Source of the DNA: Nymphaea colorata
Taxonomy: Eukaryota
Assembly (NCBI RefSeq): GCF_008831285.2
Contig: NC_045138.2
Coordinates: forward strand, 24,428,001 to 24,492,000
Direction: 5' to 3'
Length of the DNA: 64,000 bases
A model generated the notes under the pieces. It worked only from the letters and a program-made list of their open reading frames with translations. It was not told the DNA's origin and did not search any database. Each line of letters opens with the position of its first letter. The stretch's first letter is position 1. Below are positions 38,101 through 50,726 of the stretch, piece by piece. The translations under genes and the position numbers were made by a program.

Positions 38101-41100
38101 TATAACAAAAAGGTCGTAGATGCCCCAAAAGCTGTCACGTAACTTAGAAGCCAAATGAAGAGGTTGCAGGAATTTACAGTTATCAGGCTGACTGCTCAGT
38201 GTATGTCCAATTGACATGCTTCTTTCAAACTTTTCAGAAACATTCTTGATGTTCGTTACATTTCCTCCAGCATATGCAGCATCATCTTTTGTATCAAGAC
38301 CAGGGAAAAAATTCTTCTCTGGTTCACGATTCACGGTATTGCCTTTGGAAATAGATGACCCCAAAACAACTGAAACAGATTCGCCATCTACATTTCCTCT
38401 AGCATAGGATGGTCTGCGAACATGAGACGATCTTGATGCTGAAACTGTTCTTTCAGCAGGGGTGCTTTCAGTCTTGGAATCAGGTGGTTGTTCAAGTTTT
38501 TGGCTGTTTCTAGTGGCAACAACAGGTGGAACATCAGGTCTAGAGAACACTTGGCTGCCAGTTGTAGGTTCTAGCTTTGGCACCTTTTGCAGTATGTCAA
38601 CATTCTTGATACTTGTTGCATTTCCTTCACTATGTCCACCATCATCTTTTGTGTCAAGTCCAGGAAAGAAATTCTTAACTGGTTCTTGATTCAGATCACT
38701 ACCCTTGGAAATAGATGATCCAGAAACAATTGACACAGATTCACCATCTACATTTCCTCTGCTATATGATGGTTTCCGCACATGAGACTTTGACACCTGG
38801 ACCGTTCTTTCAACAAGTGCGCTTTCAGTTTTAGAGTCAACTGGTTGTTCAGGTTTTTGGTGGTTTCTAGGGATGATGACAGGTACAACATCAGACTTAG
38901 ATAAGACTTGGTTGCTGGCTAAACACTGAATCTTTGGCATGACATTTCTCTTCAAGGTAGACGAATTGCATGCTGCTGTTGAATTAGAAGAAGAAACCTT
39001 TGACACATTAGCTAGACCTACTCTCTGTGGGGTACGTGGTAGTGTTTCAGCAGCTGCAAATACAAATAAGATTGAAAAATTGTTACCTAATGACTGGCAA
39101 AGACATAAAGCACAGAAACAAGGCAAATGCATAATAATAAGCCATTTTGACCAATGGAGGTGTGGAGAAAAAGTAATAAGTGGCCAAAAGGTAAGAGGAT
39201 ATCACTTACAATTTGCTGACTGACTAGATTTAATCTCCTTTGCATCAGGATTTGATGGTGGAGAAGATGACTTGGTCTTCGTGCTAGAGTCTAACTGCTG
39301 TACAGGTTGGTTTTCCCTTGAATTAGGTTTGGATTCTGTATGACCATTTTTAGAAACCCCACCAACCGCATAAGGTGCTATGCGCTGAAAATAATTACAT
39401 GGTGTCATCAAACTAAAGAAAAATGCTTCATTTACATTGTTGAAGACAATAACCAGATAAGATGTGAGTGAATCATAACTAATGGACATTACCGATATAT
39501 CAGCAACCCAGACCCCAACACAACTTTGATTAAATGAACAGCCCAAAAGTTTCCCCTCATGTATATTGAGATCAGCCAATCTGGACCATCCCATGTCAAC
39601 TGCATCATGGCATCGGACAGGCTCCCATGAAAACACCTGAGCAAATAAAATAAATTTCAACAAGAAAATAAGAATGGACATTGGGCAACCAGATTTTGAT
39701 ATTTAAGCTCGCATTACCTTTAAGGACTCATGCAATCCACAAAAAAGTGTCCTTCCATCAGGGTTGAAGACCATAGAGCGCACACCTGTAGCCTGAGAAT
39801 GCAGAAAAAACAATTCATATCAAGATAGTTATACAGGCTTTGCACGAGGTATTTCAAGTTTAGCATGTAAATACTTTCATATTCTCAAAATGCTGGTTCT
39901 CGATCAATAATTATGTCTGAAATATTGAACCCACTTACCAGTAATGAAAAATGGACCTTGAATAAATTTCATGAACAACACAATAAAAAATAAGCTAATA
40001 GCAAAATGATGGCAAGCAAACAAACAAATTTATAGCTTCAGAAATTCCTCTTCCACCTCTTGCTTTTAGATATATAAACCGCCTGAGTAACTGTACTTGA
40101 ACAGTGATTGAAATAATAAAGAATAAGAACAGTAGTTGTCTCAAACAATTTATATTCTCATAATAATACTCCGTGCCAACTTCAGACAACATTATTTTAT
40201 CCATTCAAGCCCATCATTCTTAAAAGAACGTGAATTTTCACCTGGTGTATATGATACTATTGTCTGGCTACGGGAATGGCAAATGTTCTTAGAAATAGCA
40301 TGCCAAAGCAAGAAGCTATTGCTACAAGGTATACAAGAAATCAAAAGCTGGAAACTTGAAGTCATCTAAGAACCAGTTAAAGGACAAGGGTTGCAAGGAA
40401 GTAAGCAACAAGCAATGAACCATGAGGAGTGAAAACATAACCCATATATTGTTTTCCAAGTCTCTAAATGATTTTATTCCAAACTACATTTATGAAAGGC
40501 CCTAAAACATACAATCTCAGTTTCAGAGACAAAAAATAGCACAGAAGAAAGCAAACAAACTTTAACAGACAATGACAAGAAAAAGTTAGAGAAAAAAAAC
40601 GTCCAAGCTGCCCAACTAAAAGTTAACAAGCTTACAGGATAATACCAGCACTTCATAAGGCACACTATCTAACATGATAAGCATTAAATATCTGAAGGGT
40701 ATTGTCAGTAAACCTGGGGAAAATGCATGGACTATGACAATACCAGTCGATAAAGAACTCCTTCAACCATGACAATACCTAGACCTAAAGGTGGCAAAAA
40801 AGGAAAAGGATAGCTGAGAAAATACCACCAGAAAGCAGGGCCATAAAAGAGAAAGCCTAAAATTTTATTTAAATTCAATTGTGAAGACTATTTCAAGAAC
40901 CAAATATGCAGATAGTACCAAAACATTGCACTTGACAATGCAGAATAAGATCACATTTCATGGCTTGAGTGTTCACACAAAAAAGCTGATGAATATCAAA
41001 TTACAAACAATATCAGATTATGTGGAGACAATTTGATCCGGAAAGCCTCTTAGTATAACACATCCAAATCAACTTTCAGGTTGACATCCAATTTTAAGCT

Positions 41101-43475
41101 TGCAGGTGCTTCCTTAAATAATTGAAAGTATTGACAGGTTGCTACCTATGATAATGAAACCTTGTCAGTGAAAGAACAGCACTGAAGCAAAACTGCAGGA
41201 AAAAGAAAAGGCATATGACCACCAGTGAGATACCTCAGGTCCTGCAGATCCAATAAGTTCGAAAGTCTCCAGGTCCCAAAACTTAACTGTCCTATCAGCA
41301 GACCCTGCGAAAAAGGCCGATAAATATGCAGCTTAGAAAGAATCTATTCATTCTATATACACATATTGCAAGCCTAGAATGACCTTAAATCATGGAAGGC
41401 AGAGTGTCTCTCACCTGTTGCGAGGAGAAATTCATGAGGATGAAAATCTATGCATTGTATTGTTCCTTCATGGCATTTAAAGTCATGCAGGAGCTTCCCA
41501 GCAGTCAGATCCCACAACTGTTTACATCATTAAAAAAATAACTTTTTTGTTCAAATAAATTCCAGTAGTACGAATTAAATCAAGATATAACAGGTGACAC
41601 AAATATGAACACTATTAACTTACCTTTACAACATTATCTTCACCCCCAGAAACAACCCAACGTCCATCGGGAGTGAACTTAATTGCATTAACACCTCTGC
41701 TGTGCCCCTTGTATGTGTGAATGCACCCCTTTCTTCTAATGTCCCATATCTTCAAATTGGTATCCAATGAACCAGATGCAAAGAACTCACCAAAAGGATG
41801 AAAATCAACAGAAATGCAGTTTGATCGATGGCCAGTAAGTGTGCGGACAACTGTTGACCAATAGGAAATTGTACAAAACCAAATCAAAAAGCCCGACATG
41901 ATAAGGCAAACAAAACAGTTCAAGCAACAATAGCAACATAAATTGAAAAGGAAAATTCAACAGAAATCACTTTTTGCCTCTTCCAAATCCCAAAGCTTAA
42001 TTGTGCCGCTTGAGGCTCCAGCAACCACCAAAATCTCCGAAGAGTCAAATGTTACAGATTCAACTGGACTTGTATGACCAGAAAGACTCTGCACAGTTTA
42101 ATTAGGACAAAATCAGGCTCCAGCTCAGACACATGAGAATGATCCATAGATCATTTCCCATGCTAAGACAGTATGAAATGCAGAAAAGGGGAAAAAAAGA
42201 GTGCACGTTCAGAAGTGTTAGTTTATGCAACAAGAATAAAGTTTTGAGAAAGAGATTTCACAAATTCGTATCATATGTTAGGGTGCTCTTAAAGCTTCCA
42301 AATTAAAACCTATTTCTCTTGTTCACAGACCAAAATTAAAAGACATTCTAGATCTTCCGTCCTAATTGCTACGGGAACACAGCAACTGTGCCATCAAAAA
42401 TCCTGATCCTAGAGAGTAGTTATTTTACCACAGCTATTATACTAGGAAAAAAAATGCCAGAAGTCCAGACTAATAAGCAGCAATAGGTCTCCAATTATAA
42501 GGTTATCGGATGCTAAACATCCAAAAAATTCAGTGCATGTACACATTTTGGATAATACACAAAAGCTCCTTGGAAAGAGACGCCACCACCATGGCATTCT
42601 TACGAAGTTAACCACATAAAACACATGTAAACCAAAAATGGAGAAAGGATTACTATGTGATATTTCAACAGCTTCTGGGAAGAGAAAAGGACAAATACAT
42701 TACACTAAAACCAATCAGAAACTAAATACACAAGAACCTATATCCCAAAAATCTCCAACAAACTTGTGGCGCTTCCAATTCACCAAAAATCTAATGGAAA
42801 AAAAAAAGAATGAAAGAAAACTCGTTACCCAAAAATTTCCAAATCCTGATAAAAACAGGCAACATTAATGTGTCGGCAGGTCGCGGAAACATAGACATTG
42901 AAGAAGTCTCCAAAAGAGATGCAACACGAAAAGCATAAAAAAAAAGAAAGAGGGATTTGAACCAACCAGGATGGAATTAGGCTTCCCAATTGCCCAGAGA
43001 TTGACCTTGTGATCCTCTCCGCCGGTGACGACGACCCTCGAAGATTTCTTCCCGATCTTCAAGCAATTGACATTGGAGCTATGCGCCACGAATTCTTCTG
43101 AGATACGAAGAGTCAAGAAACAACAACCAAGAAGAACAAGTTTCTGAACAGGAGAAATCTGGCAGTTTTTATTTTGCTCAAAAACTTTTGTAGAGATTAA
43201 TCCAACTATAATGCCCACTCATAAAAAAATCTTTCCACTGCTTCAGAAAAGTGAAGATCCCACTGTCGACGTCGCCGCTCCCAAAACAAGCACCCACAAA
43301 TTGGGAGAAAAGGAAAAAGTAAAACCCACCAGCAAAAAAAAAAATGGAAAAAAAAAAGAAGACGAAGGTAAGAGAAAACGAAGAACGGAGAGGCAAGAGA
43401 GGAAGGATCTCTCCTCTCTCTTTTTCTCTCCCACTCATCTGCAGAGAGGATACGGAGCTTGTACCCCCGCTTCAT
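35115..43475 (-). CDS. KTN80: Katanin p80 WD40 repeat-containing regulatory subunit B1, ~954 aa
   Basis: 18 exons: 43454-43475, 42967-43097, 41971-42088, 41624-41850, 41415-41517, 41234-41304, 39718-39792, 39493-39636, 39210-39384, 38178-39053, 37377-37607, 37154-37284, 36922-37047, 36388-36462, 36190-36302, 35966-36082, 35809-35877, 35115-35175 (2865 nt). N-terminus [25 protein letters not shown]40 repeats, [14 protein letters not shown] motif, and con80 C-terminal domain ([27 protein letters not shown]). Confidence 0.96.
37385..37605 (-). repeat. Coding 33-bp (11-aa) tandem repeat, ~7 degenerate units, in KTN80 exon 11
   Basis: [75 protein letters not shown]. Confidence 0.9.
38240..38915 (-). 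repeat. Coding 360-bp (120-aa) internal duplication in KTN80 exon 10
   Basis: ATCATCTTTTGT.TCAAG at 38281 and 38641; [32 protein letters not shown] occurs twice. Confidence 0.95.
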
Positions 43476-45824
43476 CTTCGAACTCCGGTCATCCACGCGT
43501 GCAGCACATAGGAACGAGGTCGGCACGAGCGCTCCAGCACGTGCTTAAACGGAATCAGGAAGACGGTGGGAACGCGCGGGAGGAAGACGAGATCTGGTAA
43601 GAGTTGCAGATGAAAGAGTCCGCCATTTTCCAGATTTTAGAGAGAGAGAGAAAGAGAACCCACGCTTCCCCTCTCTCAACAAATTTTTTATAAATTGAAA
43701 ACCCACTCTTCCTCTCTGAATAATTTTTCTTTTTATGAACCGAAAACTCCAAAAATAAAAACAGAGACGCAAAAAAAAAAATTGCCGCTCTCTCAACCTC
43801 CGCGCCTCAGCATCTCTCCCTTTTGCTCTGGACTTTGGAGCATTTCGATTTTTCTTGAATTTTCATAATTTTTTATGTAATTCCCATTTTTATTTTAATC
43901 TTTCTCTGCTCCGTCCAGTCACCAGTGTGAAAAGGGACGTGTCCAACGGTCCTTCCTACCCTACCCCTCTACATTTTCCGTAATAACGGACGTGTCCCTC
44001 CTTTTTAAAATGGTAAAATTTGAACGGCCACTAGAGGAACGTTGGGGGCCTTTGCACCTAAGAATTTTCATTTATTTCATATGACGCCCCTCAGCTTTCC
44101 TGTTATTAATTATGAAGGTGATAATAGCATTCACGTTTTTCCTTTGCCTTTCTTAAAGAACTGCCTCCCCCGCTCTCTCTCCCACCATCTTAGTTAACTT
44201 CTCCACCACCTGCCTCACCAGCACCAACTCAGATCCATCCAAATTTATAGTATCCTTTTCCTTTCTCCAATATCAAAATGGCCAATTTCGCCTTACAACT
44301 TCAAACTACTTTTACATATTTTTTCATTTGAAAATTCTAAGAAAAAAGTCTTGAACTGAAAGTAAAAGGAGTATTTCATTCTATCGCCTACAAAAGTGCC
44401 TAAATTTTCAACTTTTTTTTTTCAATCCTCATCATTCAAGCATACTTTTGGTGTTTTGAGGTATTGCTCCGCTTCAATTTTACATATCAGTAGACTCTCT
44501 TTTACAAAATAAAGGATTGAGATTCCTCGACATTCGAACCAAAAACTGTCACTACCATTCCTTGACTCAAACCATTGCACCAACTTCCTCACAGATTGAA
44601 AAAAATTTGCAAGTTTAATAAAGGCATTGTTTTATGAACAACTACAGTAAGGTTTGTACCTATCCCCAACTGCCGTCTCCCCATTGTGCTAAACTTTCAC
44701 TCTCAAATTCACGATTTCTTATCTAAGTTGATTTGGTGACACAATCGACCGTGTGGTAGGTTGCTGAAGCTGGGCATGCACAGGAATCCACAGGATAAAA
44801 ATGCACCTACTCCTGTCATGCTTTTATATGCAAGTTGTTGACTAAATTTTGCCCTAAAAATTGAAGTATTAGGTGTATGCCTACCAGATTGAGCAATGAG
44901 GCGGTTTTCGTGTGCAACAAGGAGGAGACTGATGATGCTTCTCATTGTTTAAGCAGATAAGAGGGGACAAGAATGAGATGCTACATTCAAACTAAATTTA
45001 AGTTAACCTCAGAGAGATTTAAATGGGTCAATTCAAAGGTACTAATGCATGGAAAAAAAGATTTGGAAGCCATTGTTAAGTCCAAGTTCACAAACTACAC
45101 ATCAGTCTGGAGCTTCTTTCTTAGTGAATCTCGACTACCATTCATCTGAAATAGCGGCACCGGAGTGGATACATTGATCAACCATTTGAATTCAAGCTTG
45201 AGCTTTGCAATGTGAATATAATTCAAACATAAACCCCAGTTAAATCCTGTTCCATTCATCAAACACTCTCAGATTCAGCTTTTATGTGCAACTTAAATCG
45301 TAACTACGGAACATATTTGCTGGTTCATTTTTATCTGGGTCTAAAAGTTTCAAGGAGACATGAAGTTGGTCGAAAAGATGCTGCAAACTAAGAAAACACT
45401 ACACGTGTTTATGGAAATGTCAAATTTGAAACGCCTTTTAGAATAAGTTTGAAAAGTAGACGGGTCCGGGGAAATTGTATCGCATTTTAGTAGAAGGGGA
45501 CAAGATCGAGGGCGGGATGGGAGCGGGTTCGGTAGGGCCGGCTTAACCCATACATATAGTTGGATCCAAATTTAAAGAGTGGGTCCAGCTCTCAAACCCG
45601 ATTTCACGGCGTAGAAGGCACAATTAAGAAGATACCTGAACCGCTAGGATCCATATCTGATTAGCCAAATGCAACTCCTTGTAGACCTTTTGGATCTGCC
45701 GGGATTGAGATTTTACCCGAATCGGGTTTATCACATACCGATGCATGCACAACACATGAGATCATGATCTTGGGTACGTTCGCTTTGTATCTCGTCATTG
45801 GATTTGAAACTTGTCTGATCATGA

Positions 45825-47540
45825 AATCCAGATCTAAGACACAGTTCAGATCCAGACATGGATTTCGGATCTAGACTGATGTTAGTCATACCATCAAAAT
45901 TCATGATAGTGACAAGTGCACGGCAATCAAGGGGAGCTGCAGAGGAATCATGTGAAGAAGCCATGGAGATATAATTCTACCCTACTTAAGTTGACAAGCT
46001 TGATTTGGGCACGTTTCATTCCCTGATCCATGGATCCTAATTCTATGCAAGTGCCAGGCGAGAAAACGAACTAAAGACAAGCAAAGATATGCTGCTTGAC
46101 CTTGGTTTTCGAGCCCCACCGGGTCAACTAATTCAAGTCTTTCTCAATGACTTGAAACCAACCGACTTGTTTTTTATTATTATTATTATTATTGTGCTGG
46201 TCTTTTGCCTTGATGAATCCTTTGACCTCTTTCAACTTAATTAGAAATTTGATTAATCTAATCTTAGTTTCGAATGTCAGATCTTACACTACGCCACACC
46301 TTAAATTCTAGCAAGCTGCAGTTTTTGTGACTATGGAATTTACGATCTCATTGTTCTCAAATCCGTAGATTTCAAATTAGAAGAGAAAAGTGGGGAGGGG
46401 TCTGATTTGAGATCAACGAAGTTTAAATGCAGAAATTACAAATTTACGATGTAACTCGCGTATGGTTGAAACACAATAGCTTCAAACCATTGCTACAATT
46501 CAAAACATATGAAATCTTGGAACCTTTAATCATGTCTCACCCTAAAGAGGCGTTTTCATTGCATCTGATTTAAAATCCTCAGCATTTGAGGTTCAGTCTG
46601 ATTTAAGATCAGACTCTCTCCCTCTTATCTTCATGAATTAGACTCTTTTCTCAATGCGAAAAGGTAAACTGAGGATTTTAAGTGATGTAAGATCTTTAGT
46701 TTGATGAACCATGGATCTTTCGCCGCATCATCAAAGCATGCCACATCAGTTAGATCCATGGATCTTGAAACTGAAATAATTAAATAACCTCTAAAGTGGT
46801 GTTTCATAGCTTAGGTTCTCAGATCGGAGGCTGACTTGAGATCCATGATCGCATACGTAAAACAGGCATTGATATGAAGTCCCAGGAAGGGGGTCGGACT
46901 TCAGATCTGAGATCCTTGGGAATTAAAGCTCATAAAAGAACTCAGATCTGCATCTAGCAAACACAAGTTAAATGCGTTGAGGCATTGGGACGCCGAGTGA
47001 CATCTTTGTAGCAACAAAACAGTGACTACCTCACTACTTATCTAAACATTAATGAAGATGTCTAAATTTTTAACGTATCGTTGGGCAATTAGAGGGGGAA
47101 AATGGGCCAACATAAACCCATGTGGTCCACCTAACAACTCACTCGGTTTGTTCTTGTACTGGCTGCTGCTTAAAGGAGCAACCCCAACAATAATGGAATG
47201 TCACCTTGATTCCTTCCCTTCATAGCGGACGCAACCAAACTCGATGAGGCCAAGGATTCAGGGGAACACCATCTCGGTCGCGCCGTTCCCGGTGCTTTCT
47301 CCACATGAGCAGCTGCTTAAGATAATTAATGGCACCAATTATAGCTCATTATATATACATGCAAGCTGGTCGGTTCTGTTTCCTCAGAGTTAATTAATTA
47401 TATCGGAGTTCGGTGAGTTGCATCCTACCACTGACGCAAACTGGTCGGCTCGGTTTTGTGAAAAGTAATGAATTATATCGGAGGTCTGGCCGGAATCGGA
47501 ACTCTAGTGGACAACACTAAAAACTCACACTGAATCCAAC
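45825..47540. repeat. Local segmental duplication, copy 1 (upstream region of the NYN-like/ZnF pseudogene)
   Basis: Aligns by eye with 48907-50060; the segment ~46676-47097 is absent from copy 2. Confidence 0.9.
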
Positions 47541-47659
47541 CCTTCTTCCCTTCCCGTGCCCTCTGCCTTTCCCGTTCGCCCTCCGGTCGCCATTCCGGTC
47601 CGTCCTCCTCTTGCCCTCTCACCATCCTTAACGAAGAACGCTAGTCCATAATACTGCAG

Positions 47660-48190
47660 CAGCAAGCGCCACGACACTGACTCGATGATGCTTCCCAAGT
47701 CCAAGCACAAGCACCATCTTCCATCTCCCAGGCCTTTCCGACCTTGGGGCTTCTCATGTTTAGCCAAGGCGGATTACAATCGTTCTGCTCTCTACGAGCT
47801 TGTGTGGGATTTGAAATCTTGGGGGCTTGCGTTGCGTTTCTCCTACAACAGTTGGAGGTTACCATCTCGGACAGCCCGGGGCAGCTTCCTCTCCGACGGT
47901 ACCAAACAAGTTTTCTTGGCTGGACCCGATGTGAGATGCTGTGTGCATGGTATTAAGCAAGAGGTTTTCGAATCGTGCAAGCTGCAGAATACACTTTCTC
48001 CACCTTTCTTTCAGCGTCAGTCCCCAGGACCATCGTCACTTACCTATCTTCTGCTCGGCAACCTGCCGTCGCCTCCTCCCAGGATAAATTATTCCTGTCC
48101 AGATGCCGGCCTAGAGGGAGATTGGTGGTGTGTGGCATGCGCCATGTTAAACTTTCGACGTTGAGAGTCCTGCTTCAGATGTGGTACCGC
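47660..48190 (+). pseudogene. Pseudogene with a RanBP2-type zinc finger (in-frame stop) and a possible degenerate NYN-like domain
   Basis: EGDWWCVACAMLNFRR*ESCFRCG fits W-x-C-x2-C-x3-N-x6-C-x2-C, with TGA at 48162-48164. Upstream DASQV..SISQAFPTLG and (after a frameshift) ELVWDLKSW..FLSDG..CVHGIKQ weakly resemble plant NYN-domain proteins. The zinc finger is well supported; NYN is tentative. Confidence 0.65.
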
Positions 48191-48906
48191 GTGGAACTGT
48201 CACCGGTTTCTTAGTTGTGTCTTTTACACAACTAAGAGAGAATGTGTGTGTGAGTTTTGCATTTTTGTTCTGTCTTTGTAAGTCTGAGTCAATAAGAAGA
48301 CCTTTGACAAGAAAAAAAATTGTGTACTCTCAGCACATGTTCTTTACAATACATGATAACAGCATCATATTTTTTTCTATCTGAAAACACGAACAATATT
48401 GTTTTTAGATATAGAACGAAACTCGCGAAGTTTAGTACCAGTCGTCCTCGCCATGAAATGCAATTCTAAACACATTTAATTAGCTAGCAGTAAACAATGT
48501 CGCGTCTATCAAACACAGACTCAGGTGAAGGTTGGACTCCATTTCTTATGAGCCACGTGTTGTTGATCCCAGGCTTACCAACACCGTGTGTAAGGTGCGA
48601 CGAGGGCTCCATCCTTGGACATAAAGTCCAGAAGTGTGCCACTTTTTCATAAAACAGGCAGTGAAGTTCTCTTCAACCACAACTTGCAAAGGAAATAAGG
48701 AAGGATAAACTTTATTCTTGATTTGACGGAGAAAGGTAAAAAACCAAACTTTCAAAAGAAACAAAAACAAATATTTTATATGTTAAAAAAAAACGAGTGT
48801 TGTTCTCTCTCTCTCTCTCTTTTTCTCTTGGGTATGTTGCTTTTGTAAACTGGTGACGTCTTGTCACCATTTTGATAATATATCTTACATTTATTGTTCT
48901 CATACA

Positions 48907-50060
48907 ATCCAGATCCAAGGCCCGGTTCAGATCCAGACATGGATATTGGATCTTGACTGATATTATTCATACCATCAAAGTGTATGATGGTGACTAGCGC
49001 ACGCGCAATCAAGGGGAGCTGCAGAAGAATCACGTGAAGCCGGTGGGTTCATGGAGATACAATTCTACCCTACTTAAGTTGACAAGTTTAATCTACTCAT
49101 GTTTCATTCCCTAAAGACAAGCAAACATAGGCTGCTTGACCTTGGTTTTTGAGCTGACGAGAAAGCAACCGAGTTTTTTTTTTTTTCTTTCTTTTAATTG
49201 TGCTGAACTTTTGGCTTGATGAATCTTTGACCTCTTTCAACTTAATTAGGCATTTGATTAATCTAATCTTAGTTCCCATTATTCTAAAACCCGTAGATTT
49301 CAAATTAAGAAGAGAAAAGTGGGAAGGAGGGAGAAAGAGAAGGGTTCTGATTTGAGGTCAATGAAGTTTACATGCCGGGATTACGAATTGAAGATTGCGT
49401 ATATTCGAAACAAAATATCTTCAAACCATTGTTACAAATCAAACATATGAAATCTTGGAATCTTTAATCTGCAAGATCTTGGTTCACCCTAAAGAAGCGC
49501 TTCATTGCATCTGAAATAAGTCCTCAGGATTTGAAATTCAAGGATTTAATATCAGATTCTCTGCCTCTTAACTTCAATTAGTCTCATTTCTCAATGCAAA
49601 AGATAAACTAAGGAGAATGGGCCAACACAAAGCCATGTGGTCCACCAGACAACTCACTCGTTTCTTCATGTACTGGCTGCTGTTTAAAGGAGCTACCGCA
49701 ACAATAATGGAATGACACCTTGCTTCCTTCCCTTCATAATGGGCGCAACTAAACTCCACGAGGCCAAGGATTCAGGAAACGCCATTTCTGTCGCGCCGTT
49801 CCCGGTGCTTTCTCCACATGAGCAGCTGCTTAAGATAATTAATGGCACCAATTATAGCTTATTATATATGCATGCAAGCTGGTCGGTTCTGTTTCCTCAG
49901 AGTTAATTAATTATATCGGAGTTCGGTGAGTTGTATCCTATCACTGACGCAAACTGGTCGGCTTGGTTTTATGAAAAGTAATGAATTATATCGGACGTCA
50001 GGCCGGATCGGAATTCTAGTACAGCCAATTACAACATTAAGAACTCACACTCAACCCAAC
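48907..50060. repeat. Local segmental duplication, copy 2 (no coding region follows)
   Basis: GTTCAGATCCAGACATGGAT..AATTCTACCCTACTTAAGTTGACAAG..AATGGGCCAAC..ACTCACACT shared with copy 1; similarity ends just before a microsatellite. Confidence 0.9.
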
Positions 50061-50093
50061 ACATCTGCAGAGAGATAAATCAGATCGGGCTTG

Positions 50094-50095
<2 letters not shown>

Positions 50096-50167
<72 letters not shown>
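50096..50167. repeat. (CT)n(CA)n compound microsatellite
   Basis: Seen directly. Confidence 0.97.
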
Positions 50168-50169
<2 letters not shown>

Positions 50170-50402
50170 CTTTTGGGTTTGATGTCACCCGTTTTGATAA
50201 TATATCATACATTTTGTGTTCAAACTATTCTCTCATTTGTTGGACAAAATCACTTAACTGGAGGAGGCTAAAACCAAATGAGGGAAACTAACTGCTCAGT
50301 TTCTGAAGTGTAAATACAACTCAGGAAATGAGCGGTCTGGCCTCCCAAATGCCCGATTCAGATCTGGTCTATGATCTATTTGGTGGATGGATCAGACCGG
50401 AT

Positions 50403-50726
50403 CAGATGTCAATAGATTGGATTTAAACCACGCATCCGACCAAACTATTTCAAAAGAATCTACATATGGAAAAAAATAGCTTAACATTCCATTAAGAAAC
50501 TAGACTGGATTCATAACGTGGTCAAAATTCAGTTGTATATTTAAAGGTTGGGTTCAGATTTGGATGTGAAAATAAAAGTCAGATTCAGATCATATTTGAA
50601 TTATAAATCTAAAATCAAATTCAGATATGGTGTAAACTTTTTCCATTCATATTCAAGTGCAATTTAGGATCAAAATATACGAACATTCAATAAATCAGAC
50701 ATTTGAATTCCACCTATTGACATCCA
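50403..50726. mobile_element. MITE family B element (GGATC/ATCCG-rich)
   Basis: Perfect 11-bp inverted repeat GATGTCAATAG (50405-50415) / CTATTGACATC (50714-50724). Confidence 0.65.

Noticed and set aside
46720..46742. GCCGCATCATCAA resembling miR172*
   Set aside because: Only a partial match with no complementary mature arm nearby
47414..47644. Possible U12 intron (TCCTTAAC at ~47625; GTATCCT in the duplicate copy)
   Set aside because: The donor in this copy is GCATCCTA and there is no coding context to fix the junctions
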